From NCBI RefSeq assembly GCF_036321535.1, contig NC_087437.1, forward strand, positions 89,902,001 to 89,966,000: 64,000 nucleotides of DNA, written 5' to 3'. A model generated the notes under the pieces. It was given only the letters and a program-made list of their open reading frames with translations. It searched no databases and was not told where the DNA came from. The stretch is from Camelus dromedarius (taxonomy: Eukaryota). The position numbers were made by a program, and so were the translations under genes. Positions 40,727 to 53,700 of the stretch are shown here, in pieces; the stretch's first letter is position 1; each line of letters starts with the position of its first letter.

Positions 40727-42253
40727 GAGTGTTGAGGGTAATTCCTGTTATTGTTATTAATGAGACCTAGGGAAATTAATGTATGAATTCTAATTGTGGA
40801 GTCAGATGCTGCAGAAACTTCAAAGCTCTAGTGCCAAAGACTTTAGGTATTTCTATTCCTTTGCCTATAAAGCTTTATTTAATGAATATTTATGTTTCCA
40901 AAATATTTAGTTTCCTTGTTTTCTATCCCACATATACTCCATATACAATGAACATATATAAAACTCAGTTTTTGAAATTGTTATTTATGGAAATAATTTT
41001 CCTATTTATAGTTCCATTTTTAATGTACTTGAACATTATTTTTTTAAAAAAGCATCATACTGTTTTTCACTGAAATCATTTAGATGCTAACATAAATGTT
41101 AAGAATTGTTAATAAATTCTGTTTGAATGACATTATTTAATAAACTCTTACTATAATGGTAGACATACAAATTCATTATAATTATAATTATTTAGAGAGT
41201 TTAAATTATTAAATCGTTATTTTGAGACTTTATATATAGTGACAAGATCCACTGAGCTCTAGGTCACACACACATGGGCTCTCTCATTTCGTATCTGCTA
41301 GACTTTGTGTCCACATCTATAGGAGAGTGACAACGATATCAATTACTTAAGGACTGAATACATTAAAATCACCTGACACACTGATAAAATATTCTAAAGC
41401 ATCAAATTTAAAGAAATATGTATAACCATTAAATGTAACCAGAAGAAAATGTTTTTGTAGAAGTTACTTGCTTTCTGATAACTTTAGTGTGTAAATAATA
41501 TTTCAGTGTTTGTTTGTGCATTATCTATATCTTTGTAAATTATACTTTACACCATGCTTAAGATTTTGCTTTGAGAACTTACAATTAAATTGGGTAATTT
41601 GGATGTTAATATGACTAATAATAAATCAAGAAGTAGATCTTAGTTCTCATGAACTGCTTTTATTCCAGTACTGATCTAGTATCCCAGATCTTAATGCATA
41701 TCATTACTAGTTATTATCAAATTTTGTCGATTCTTTAAAAATGTGGATCAATTCAGTAACAAATGCCTGATAAATTACAGAGTAACTGAACACGCACCCA
41801 TTCAGGATGTCACACAACAACTCTGATTTCCTAGCTATTACTCAAAGCCTGCCTGTCCTTCCCAGAATAGAAGCTCAGAGTCCTCTCCCTTACTATAGTC
41901 TTTTTTTTGGGGGGGGGGGGGTTCCCAAAATCTGCTGAGTCAATGATTTTCTTGAAATTGTAACTGAGAACACTATACCTTTTGACATGGCTTGAAATGA
42001 GATGGAGAGTAATCAAATGTCTTAAATTCTATAAAGGTATAAATGATGTAAAGTCAAATTTTTCAGCATGTGACTATAAATATCAGGGGCTTTTGGAATG
42101 AGGGAATTCTGGATCCAGGGGATAACACCATATGGATACAGAACTGGTGGTGCAAATGAAATCCGATGAGTTTAAAGAAATTCTCTTAGCCTAAAAAAGT
42201 GTCATCATTATTTTTAATTTCTCATATGTCTAGTTTGCAGTGAATTTTTTTCT

Positions 42254-42410
42254 AGAAGAAAGCAAGAAAGAGGGAGAGACAGAGAGAGGGTGAGAGGGAG
42301 AGAAGGAGGGAGAGAGAGGGGAAGGAAGGAAGGAAAGGAGGGAGGGAGGGAGCGAGGAAGGAAGAAAGGGAAAGAAAGAAAAAGAAAGGAAGGAAGAAAG
42401 AAAAAGAAAA
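42254..42410. repeat. Polypurine (GGAA/GGGA/GAAA) low-complexity tract
   Basis: Directly visible. Confidence 0.93.
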
Positions 42411-44035
42411 CTGACAAGCATTTATGATATCTGGAATTAATCTGATCAAATTCTGTTTATCAAGACTGTCTTATTTTGGTTGGAGTAAGTAATTCTTATT
42501 CTAAATCCATGTTGTATATTTGAAGGCCATTCAAATTTAGTAACATGGCAGTGGCTGAAAAGACCAAAAAGGTTCACAATGTCATAAAGATTCACTGAAA
42601 TAGAAAATTTTTCTAGAAAATACTGGCCCTAGGAAATCAAAAAATCAAAGATGGTCTTTTCTCCCTCACTCTCTCTCTTGTTTTTATTTAACAAGGTATC
42701 AAAGAGAATATCCAGAGGCATAAAGGCATCTACATCAAAGAAGTAAATAAATAATAATGAAATTAGGATTAAATAAAGAATATGAGATATAAAGTTATCT
42801 GTATAATAATAAAGAATTGGGCATGCAAATATTCACTCAGTAGTACTTTTTAACAGCAACCCTAAGTGTCTAAAGCAATGCTGCACACTTCATTTAGCTA
42901 AAAGACAGTGAAATCAATGGCTCAAGTAACTATAACTATATTTTGGAACTAAAGTGGTCACTTTAACATTTATATCAAACACACTAAGTTCACCTAGAAA
43001 TAAAAGGGCCTATTAGGCTTGGTCTGAATAATGCCAGCACAATAAAAGAAAATAAAACAAAAAAACTAAGTAGCCATGTAGCCATAAATTCACACAAATT
43101 TTCAACATCCAGGTACTTTATGTATACACAAGTCAACTCTTTTTCACATGGGAAGTTTGTATGTTTGTAACTATCTGGCATTATACACACACAGGCCAAA
43201 GCAAGGGATTATGAGCAAGTCACTATCCCTGGCACATTGGTGTCATTAGATACCAAAATGAAGGAGAGAGTATATGAATTCATGAAGAAATCATTCTAAA
43301 GTGAAGGGGAGTAGAATGTAAGTAAAACTCATGTTTTTTCCCCCTCTTTTGCTTTATTTGTACTGCAGACCAATTAAGACTATTTAAGAGCTACACAAGA
43401 TCTTTTTCAATCCATTATATTATTTTTAACCTAAGTATCATAATTATTTTTCTTACAATGTGAAGGTTGTATTATTCAAAGACAAAAAAACTCTAAGTCT
43501 TAGTGACTTTAGAGAGCACATATAAGGTTTCACTGCCTGGAAGAATTTGATGTTGGTATGTCTGACTCAGACTAAACACTTTACTATGTCCTTAATGTTC
43601 TGATATTAACAAAAATATATTTTATTAACTAAATTCTATGTTTAATCCTTTTATTTTCTAAATAGTATAAGAAGAAAGTCCAACATTCTTCTATTATCTC
43701 ATTTTGAATTAGCAATCATTTAACTGTTTCTTAGTCATTTTAAAGATCCACAAAACTAGTTACAAAGAAGAAATTTTAAATTATGCTAGATATTATATCA
43801 TCCTCAAACCCAAAGAGAAAGAATCAGAATTTTGTTTCTTCAACCTGGCATCTTAATCATTAAAACTCATAAACTTCACCAAAATCATTAATGTTCAGAA
43901 TTAATGTTCTTATGAGTCTGATACAAGGACCCTCAGGGTTGTGTGGAAAGGAAGGATGCTACACTCTCACAAAGTGCTACACCCTGACAATGATTGACTC
44001 CTTTAAAAATCAAAGGCAGAATGGGTGGCAAATAT

Positions 44036-44080
44036 CACATATATATATACATATATATGTGTGTGTATATATATGTATAT
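44036..44080. repeat. TA/TG microsatellite
   Basis: Directly visible. Confidence 0.85.
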
Positions 44081-45550
44081 GAAATATTAACTAAGAGTTG
44101 ATAAGTAGCGCTAAACTTTTACTTTGTAATATTTTATTTAAGTTGTATGCTTTTATTTAATGGGTTAATATGTTGAGGAATATTCAACGTTAAAGCCTGC
44201 ATATAACTGTGTATTTTTTAAAACAAAAAATTTGGACAGATGCAATTGGTAGCACATTCTTTGACTTCCTCACTCCTTAATAGTTCCTTTGTATTCTTGC
44301 TTTTGATTTATCAATATATCTGCATGCGTTAGAAAGGAACTTTTCGCATCATGAATCCATGTAACTACCTTATTCCTGTGTGTGTTTATACCCTTTTTAT
44401 ATTCAAACTGTGAAATTTGTCATTAAGCCACAACCAACCTGTGAAATCTGTTATTCCCTTTCTGTAATTTATAGCAAAAGACTCCATGATCAATTAGGGC
44501 TGTACTTAAACATGTAATCAACAGGATGACTGGTCACAGTGCAAATTAAGAGTCTTTAAAAAAAAGGCTTGATTTCAGTTTAGTAAGTCAGTTACCTTAA
44601 GGTAAACAGACATCAATATGAGATTGATATACTTACTGAGATTTAACTGTCAAGCTAATAATAAAAATTTGTTGCCAATATAGCTTTTTCCTATTTATAG
44701 TTATTATCTTTCAATAAATGTCCCTCACAATAAATCTATTATGTTACAAAGTTCAACTGAACGGGAAAGTGGATTTCAGACTATCACAGGTAATATTTAA
44801 TATTTTTCAAAGTGCTGAAAATTTGGCATTATAGCATTTAAATCTTAAATTTGCTAACTTGTTTTATAAACCTAACATACTGTATCTTGAGCCACAGATA
44901 AACTTATGCATTTATGTATTCCTTATCCATTTCATTATAGGTTAGGCACTCAACTAATCCTTGATAAATGGAAATCTGGTGTGTGTGTGAGTATGTGTGT
45001 GTGTGAGATGTACTGAGGTCTGTTATTATTAAATTATTGGCAGTGTTCTGAAGGTAGCCAAAAGAATGATTTTTACAGGTAATGAAGACACATGGGAAAC
45101 ATCATCAGCATCATATTATCATCAATGAAGCAAATGTATGTTTTCACTGAGGAAATAATTTTGTATTACCCATGACAAAGCAGTGATCAAACATTCTAAC
45201 ATTTGACTAAATCAAACCATATTTTTTGTTATATCCAAATCGTGAAATGCATCTTGAAAAGCATTATGTATGAGTTTTTCTTAATCCTCTGACAGTATCT
45301 CTTTTGATTAATTATACACATTCTCCTCTCCTTTTATTTTATTAGATTTCATATGCCAGCAAATTGACCTTCACATCTACATGGTCAGTCACGTCTGATA
45401 ATCCCAAAGTGAGTAGTAGTTACAATCCACTGATCTACACTTCTCTTGTGTTAAACTATGACGTCCAGAGAAATGAGTACAGGATAGTCTCTCAAGTTTC
45501 AACTCATGAGGATGTATTATACAAATAAAAACAAAATGAAATAGTCCATA

Positions 45551-46067
45551 CAGATCTTCCTTGGCTTATGATGGGGTTATGTCCTAAAAAACCCATAAGC
45601 TGAAAATACTGTAAGTGGAAAATGTATATAATACACCTAACCTATCAAACTTACCTACCAAGCTACCTACCATACCAAGCTCAGAACAGCCTATCTTAAA
45701 TATGCTCAGAACACTTACACTAGCCTATAGTTAGGCAGAATCACCTAACGCAAAGCTTATTTTATAATAAAGTACTGACTATGTCATATCACTTATTTAA
45801 TATTGTACTGAAGGTGAAAAACAGAATGGTTGCCTGGGTATAGTATGAGTTGAAAGTACATAAGCTGTTTATACTTGTGATCACGTGGCTGACAGGGGCT
45901 GCGGCTTCTTGCTGCTGCCCAGCATCACGAAAGAGTACCGTACCACCTACTGCTACCCTGGGAATAGATCATCTGGAATTCACAGTACAGCCTCTACTGT
46001 ATGCACACCCCACTCTCATAAAGTCAAAAAATTTCAAGTCAAACCATCATAAGCCAGAGATCATCTG
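45551..46067. mobile_element. Tigger5/MER47-family non-autonomous DNA transposon
   Basis: Termini 'cagatcttccttggcttatgatgg' and 'ccatcataagccagagatcatctg' are inverted repeats flanked by TA; internal 'gctcagaacacttacactagcct...gaaaaacagaatggttg' resembles MER47. Confidence 0.88.
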
Positions 46068-46237
46068 TATTTGACTACTCTACTGAAAATCAAATATAAA
46101 ATCTGTCATAATCATTCTCAAAGTATTTTAAAACCTTTATTGTATTGATATTTTTAATATGTCACCTTAATATTTATAAATTATGAATTTGAAAACATTT
46201 TTGAGGTATACTTAACACATTTATTCCTAGTTGCCAT

Positions 46238-46440
46238 GATGAAGTGGTTAAGAGCAGTCAAAAGAGTGATATTTTTGAGTTGAATCTCATCTGTTTCTTA
46301 CTAGCTGTGTGATCTTGGTGATGATTCTTTAATATTCTTGTGCCTTAGCTTCCATCATGTTTCACAAGAATTAAATTCATTAATACATATAAAGCAATTG
46401 TAAGAGTGATTGACACTTTGTAGCACACACAATAGTTGAC
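46238..46440 (+). mobile_element. MIR SINE
   Basis: 'agtggttaagagca...ttactagctgtgtgatcttgg...taatacatataaagc'. Confidence 0.75.
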
Positions 46441-49400
46441 TCAGTACCTTGCTTTGCTTTTATTTTAATCAACTGCCTATTACATCTATTAATATCAACT
46501 CTTTAATATACACTATTTTGTGACACCATTAATTGTTCTAGAGATTAATTTAAAGATTAATTGTTCTAAGGATTAATTAAAAAAAACAAATTACCAAAAG
46601 AAACATTTTATAATTATGTATAAGCATAATTAATAAAATGTTTAAATATTTTGAATTCAAATAACTATATAATAGGAACCACTAGCACTTTTATATTAAA
46701 AAATCTGCTACAGAAAGATTGTCTTGACAGTTTTTATTTAGTATTTTAAGGTTCAGGTACTGTGTTAGAGATAAACAGGTATCTACAAAGTGGATGGGTC
46801 ACTTTGGCCATTAGAAAGCTCTTCTCTCTCAGTTCTGCTTAAAACAATAAGTAGTTTGTAAATGGTATCTATATATCTCTATCATAGTGGAAGAATTAAT
46901 CAGAATTTCGGGATAAAACATGTCATATAAATAGTGGCAAATATGATTCAGCTAACGTATGTGGTTCCATTCAGGAGCTGCTTCTTATATAAACTGACCC
47001 TCTGTTGACTTGGAAAAAAAAAAATCCCTTTTTTCTCTATGATTGCTGCTTCTATTCTTTTGATTTTCCTGGAAAATAAAACTCCATTCCACTGATCATT
47101 TTTTAAAAATCAAAACACATTATTATAATTATCAACTTAGAGCCTCAGTTTGTACCAGCACTGCTGACCAAACATTAAAAACAATAAAACAAAACAACAG
47201 TTAAGAGGTGTAGACATGATCTCCAAATCAACTTGATTATAAAATAGGTTTATAAATCCCCCCCATTCATTTTTCAAAACAAGCTATTTTAGCCTAAAGG
47301 CAATTAGACAGGTAGTGTCAGTATTCAAATTCCTAGCTTGAAATACCTAAGGCCTTTGATTCACTCAGTTGACATTTTATTTTTGAGAACCTATCTTGTA
47401 CCCATCACTGTGCCAGGTTCTATAAGAATGAAAGAATCTGCATCAGTAATACTACAAGGTGAAATAACACTCTAAAATGAGCTGATTTGTTTAAAAATTA
47501 ACGTAACTAATTTTGAATGTGTTTAGCACATTGGTAGAAGTAGACAGAAACACTGAGGATAGGGAGGTATTTGAGGCTGGGCAACTGTATCCCAAGCAAG
47601 AAAGATCCGGGGAATATAGCAGGCACTTTTTTATTTCTCTTTTTTGAATGAATGAACATGTTGGCACCCCTCCTAAATTTGTGGAAATGCTTATCCATTA
47701 TTGATTCTACCCACTGGAGGATCTTTATCTCCTATTTGATTCTATGCAATGTCTCTCACAACTTGTTATTTAATATTTCAAACAAGGAAGTTGTTTCTTC
47801 CATATATTTGGTATAAGAACTACTGGTGGACTCTTTATAACTGTAGCAATGAAAGCAACAAATTTCTCTAGGACTACTTATTTTTTCCACTATGTAGCCT
47901 ACTATTTATTTTCAAATTATGTAAAATATTAGTTTATTTAATTATTAATAGGTCAAGACAATTTTAGTCATAATAGACTGGTCAGGTGCATGTTGCAGAT
48001 ACATTAGGTACATAAATTTAACCCAAAATACCAATGGTTATTGCCTTAATCTATCAGGTACTGTTCTTCCCACTCAAGGACCAGAACAAAGCATAATATT
48101 TAAAATGAAGAAGTAAAGTTAAATATATATATTTTTTGTATTCAATGTACATTCAACAATGTTTATAGAGCTCTTAACATGAACTAGTCATGTGCCTGTC
48201 ATTTCCCTACTGCCTCTCAGACTACAGAAATTCAAAGAGTTAGTATATTATGAAACATGTGTTAGGGAATCATCCTTCACACTGATGGCAATCTAGAGCA
48301 ATTCCTGTAGCTGGTAAGCCAGGGATGGGCCTTGTCACACAAATTTGTCACAAGGTGGACATCCTGTGAGAGCGGAGGTAGAAAGTAGAGCTGAGAAAGA
48401 GCTTTGTAAAAGCATGAAGGAAATCTGGTAGCAGCGTCAATGAAAACAAAAAAATATCAACTGAAATTAAAAATAAAGACATAAATATTTGAGACTGTAA
48501 TTTAGATAAGTAGTACTGAAAATATGGAGTTAATTTAACTTGAATTTTACTTATTTTCAAACTCAGGTATGCGGAGAAAAATTAAAGTGAACCAAGAATG
48601 CTTTTAAATACATGTCTCCCTTGATTTTTTTTCCCCTCTCATTGGGGCTTTTTTGTTTATTAGATTATTACTTACCCTAAAGTAACTTCAAATTAAGTTT
48701 AACTACTAACAAAGCAACAGGACAGGAGAAATCTTAGTGATAAGATAGAAGTTCAATTATCCTAGAGAGTATTCTACAGTGTATAATTAGTTTGATCAGC
48801 ATAAAATAAGCCTTGAAGTCTCTTAAATAATAACGTACAACTGAATTACCTTGACTTTTTAAGCTGACATAGCTGGTATGTTTGGATTCTTTATCTAATG
48901 TATTTTACAATGCCATTCGTTTGTGTTTGCTCTGAATTAACAAAATTCAATAGTTCTAAGTGACTTATTTATCACCACTGGAGTTTTCAAAGCCAGTCAG
49001 TAGCGTTCTTAACATGCCCCACAAAGTTTAAACAAGTAAAAGGCAAACAAAATCAAGCTTTTTGCAATCTTAACCAGAAAGAAATTTAACGTGACTAAAT
49101 TCAGAAATTCTGAGGTGAAACAGAGTGATGATTTATAGTAAATCTATGACTTAATTAATAGGTGGTTCTACGCAAGAGACTATCCCTTCAAGTCTAAAAT
49201 ATTTACTGAAAATATACTACTTTGCAATATATGAGCATATATTCAAAAATATAAATCTTATTTTAAAAATAAAGTTTTATCAGATAATTGGTGACAAAGA
49301 GCAACTGTGAACTAAAATTAACTAGTTAACATATGAACAAACTTTCCCTGCTTGCACAGTTTGAAAATAGAATACTGAAATAGGGGGCGGTGTTAAGCAG

Positions 49401-49869
49401 CTTTACATGCAGTGGCTAGGATAGAAACTCTACTACGTATCAGTTTAACTATTAATTTAATTATGAGTTTATGAATTGAAAGAGGATCCACTTCAAATAA
49501 ACTTATAGTTGCTTGAATATTATTAACTTTTCAAAACTCTCAATTCTCTGAGGATCTCTCTTAATCTTTCACTACCTTGACGTCCCCTGTGACACTTGCT
49601 TAGTTAACCTACTTTCCCCTTCCTACACCCCCAGCCATCAAGCCATTCATTTCCATGTCTTCATGAACATGTAAGAGGCCCTTAGCTTATTATGCACTCC
49701 TGTCATCAAATGTGTATTCATTCATTTATGAAAATAGTTTAATTTTTACTTTCTTTGCTGTTTATAGCCTTCATCCCTGTGAAGAAATTGTTCACCAACA
49801 CCCATTTAATCATTAAATGTTAATCACTCTTCATCTTCTTAAACCTCTTGAAAAAAATCCCTTCTTTTT

Positions 49870-50570
49870 AAAACTCTGATGACCTTGGGTAAACTAACTC
49901 CTCTGAATTCTAATATTTTTATTTGTTAAAAACTGATACCTGATTTTAGAGGTTTTGAAGAAATAACCAACATAATATGTGTAAAGTAGCCACTGCACAA
50001 AAGCTCAATATTGTTATTCTTGTTTGCTATCACAGCCTTCTCATTGGCCTCTCCATCTTCAATTTCTCTCCAATTCAGTCAGCAAACTTTCTCACTGCTA
50101 ATAATTTGAAAACTGTCTGCAGGCTCAAATCTCTTCAATATTCCCCACTTCCAATTATGTGGCTTCAATCTTTCCTTCTAGCTCATTCACACATTATTCC
50201 CCAAAGAGACTCAGAAAAAGCAGGATGTTTCATATCACCTTCAACTTGCACCTATTACCTTGTGTTTGCCTGAAATCAGTTCTTTCCCCTTATCTCTTCA
50301 AAATCCTATTCATACATTAAGCTCTGGATCAGATATGAACTCTTTCATGAAATCTTCATTGATTATCCTAGTAAGAAATCAGTATCCCCATCCTGATTGC
50401 CTTCAGGAACCTGCAATACCCTCTAGGCACTTTGCCCAACCTGCTTCACATTGTAGATATCCTATCCTCCTTCAGCTCCAGAAACTTTCAGACTTTATTT
50501 TTATATGTCTCATATCACTTAGATAATGGCTAGAAGAAAGTAGGTGCCTCCAAATATTGTAAAATAATAC
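49870..50570 (+). mobile_element. MIR fragment followed by L2 fragment
   Basis: 'gaccttgggtaaac...taatatgtgtaaag', then L2-like 'cagccttctcattggcctctcc...gtaggtgcctccaaatattg'. Confidence 0.6.
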
Positions 50571-50720
50571 AAGCCTCTATTATACATGTACATTACTTAT
50601 TAAATATTATATTATATATTCTATAATTCTAATTTATTATAAGAAAACTGAAAGGTTGATTCTATTGTCGCAGATTTCAGTGTGATTCTTGGCTACAAAA
50701 TATTAATGAATATCTCATCT

Positions 50721-50754
<34 letters not shown>

Positions 50755-50787
50755 CACACACACATATATATATGTATATATGTGTGT
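50721..50787. repeat. Compound (CT)(AT)(AC)(AT)(GT) microsatellite
   Basis: Directly visible. Confidence 0.95.
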
Positions 50788-53700
50788 TTCTTGTATATTA
50801 TTCCAAAAGTGAGATATATTAAATCATGATTCTACAGAAACTAAGATGTGGGCTCTAGGATTCTGCTATGCATATATTAACTTTCAGTTGTTGGGGATCA
50901 GGAAATGCAAAAGACAGGGAGCAAGTGTGATGTAGAGAATTCTAGTACATGGAAGGCAGTTAGGGTAGTAAATGTTGCGTTCGTATTATTGGGAGGAAAC
51001 TTTTACACTGATAGATGAAAGTGCAAAGCCTCCTCTGATACTCAATAGCTTTAAGACATCAGTGAGTAATTTAACATCTCCATACTTTCCTCATGAAAGT
51101 ATGAAATAGGGATAAAAAAAAGTTGTGTAAAGAAAACAGTTGCTGTCTGCAATGCTCTCAGTACCATGCCCAGCCTATATTAGCTACAGTTGCTGCTGGC
51201 TGCTGCTGCTGCTTTTGTTATCAAAGCCAAATTCCCAATTGTGGCTAAGAAGAAGCCGCCTCTAGAAAGTCATTTGCAGCACGGAAAGGAAGGCATGTCT
51301 GCCTCACAGGCTCTCTTGTCCCATTCTTATTTAAGTACTAAAAGTTCACAAGTAGACTTATCCTGGGGTCACGAAGCTTTATCTTTGAGGTTTGTTACTC
51401 AAGCAAGAGTTTCTCAACACAGGTGAGGTGATCATGTGTTACTGTGTATAAATCCTTGCTGAAATCAGGTTTAGCTAAAAATCAAGAAGGGTGGGAAAAC
51501 ATGGCCTGGAGGGCAGCTCACTGGGAGGATAAAAAAAATTGGAAAGGTATGTAAATAGTAAAATTTATTTGCATCACAGTTGTACCCAGAATTAGGGGTG
51601 CTAGAGCTGCTGGAAAGGGGATGGGGCTTGAGTCCCCACAGGATGGATTTAAGCTGGCTCTTTATGAGTGTGTATGCAGAGGCAGGACAAAATCAGAAAA
51701 CACAGAGCAACTGGAGGTCCGGATTCCAATCTTCGCTGACCAGCTCAGTATGAGTATAATTTAACCTCACTTAGCCTGCTTATCCATCAAATAATTGGTT
51801 TGGGTCATATGAGCTCTAAAATCCCTTTCAACATTTGAGTTGTTCACTCTGATTATACTGTCTTCAGAAAGGACAGAAGTTCTTAATGATAATTATACTC
51901 ACATTCTAAAATCCTCCTCTTTCAATCCTATGAATATTTGTTCCCTAGATTAAATTTCAAGACTATAAACTGGAATATGTGCTACTGGAGAGACCAGAAG
52001 GAATTTGCCTCTCTGCGTTTTTATAAGATCCTTCAGCCGTACTTTTGTCATGCTCTTTATAGTTTACTCTTCTCATTATACGTGCTGGGGGCTCTTTAAT
52101 TTCATCCTTGGGTTGTATATACACATTACTGGTATTTTTAGAAGCACTTTATGAGTACAAAATCTATTCCCTGTGCCCTCATCAATTTGAAATTACCATT
52201 TTAAGCCTGATTAAATAAGGATTAGTGCCAATGTTCTACTTATTAGGCTGTGTCTTCAACTGGAACTGATGATGTAGTATTTGTCAATAACTAGTTCACA
52301 GCCTTAAATTCCACAAAATGAAACCTTTGCATCAGAGTCCATCTGTCTGAAAATTTTCAGGCAAGCTTCCATGAAGAGGAAAGTCATCTATTATATGATG
52401 ATATAAGCGTAAAGTGGCGTGTATCACAGCTGTTTGATTACTTCTGGGGAGATGACTTGCATTCCCCCTAAGCCCGCTATCAGAATCCAGCAGTGATGGA
52501 TTGAATTTCCCTTGCCTTAGCATGATGATGGATTACTTTAGGAGGATATGTAAGAAAAGTAGAATCTAGGCAGAAATTAATTAACATCACAACGAAAAGA
52601 TGCTAGAATTGATCTTCACCACAATATGAAACTGATCTAAAGAGTTGGTAAAACATCCACTAAACTTTCTGAAAGTATAAATGATCATCATTAGAGGTTT
52701 TTGGTTGGTAACACCTGGTTCATCATCGTACAGCAATTGGGAGCTTCAAAATTTATATTATTGCCAGATATTTCATACACACACACTCACAGATCTTGTA
52801 TGCGTAAACTAATATAATGTTCTTGATGCATGGCTCACAATGTACATTTGGTAGTAGCAGTCATTAGAAATGACACTGGGTAAGAGAAGGAAATGAAAGG
52901 ATTTCATAGTAGATACATCATGAGGTAGATGAAAAACATACTAGATGTGAGACAAGATGATATCAAGTCTTCACACAGACTGTCACAAGACAGACCTGTT
53001 ATTCACCTCTCTGAGCATCAGATCCTTTGGTGCAAATATTGTCATCTTTTCAGCCTATTTCACTGGGTGAGGGAACATAAAGATTAAATAAAATATTTTA
53101 AAGTATAATAAATTTGAAGCATTAAATCAATCATATGTATATGTGATATTGATCCTTTTTCTCTTACATATAATAATTATGTGAATGAAAGAAAGGAAAC
53201 CAGAAAAGTATAAGTAAAAATAATGCACTTTGAATATTTATAGTAAGGTTCTAATTTCTGTAAGGGGAGATAAATGGTTTAAGAAAATATTTTCTAAATT
53301 TCAACCTTTTCTTAACTAAAAATGCAAAGAAAAAGAGAAACTAAATAATAACTTTAAATAACAGATTTCATTTTTAGAATATGGATTAAAAAGATAGCAA
53401 AAAAAGTTAATAACCACTTACTTGATGAGAATAAAGTCCTTAAGAAATCTAGTTCACTTTTGGTTGTATGGATTAATTTGGAAGACCCCATTTCAAAATA
53501 TGCAGGGAACTTTTAAAACATGTTTCAAGTATATTGCTTGAAATTTAACTGCTCAAGCTGAAATGAAATCAGATCACAACCAAGTACAGAGGAAACAGAA
53601 AGCACTAATAAAACTAAAATTGATCTGCCTGGGAGACAGGTGCCAAACCGGTGAAAAGAGCCTCGTGACTAACAACAGTGCACAGCCCCTCTTCATTTCC

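Noticed and set aside
52332..52530. 63-aa ORF, and ATGATGA motifs suggesting a C/D box snoRNA
   Set aside because: No suitably placed CTGA D box or terminal stem; the peptide is unrecognised and lacks convincing flanking splice sites.
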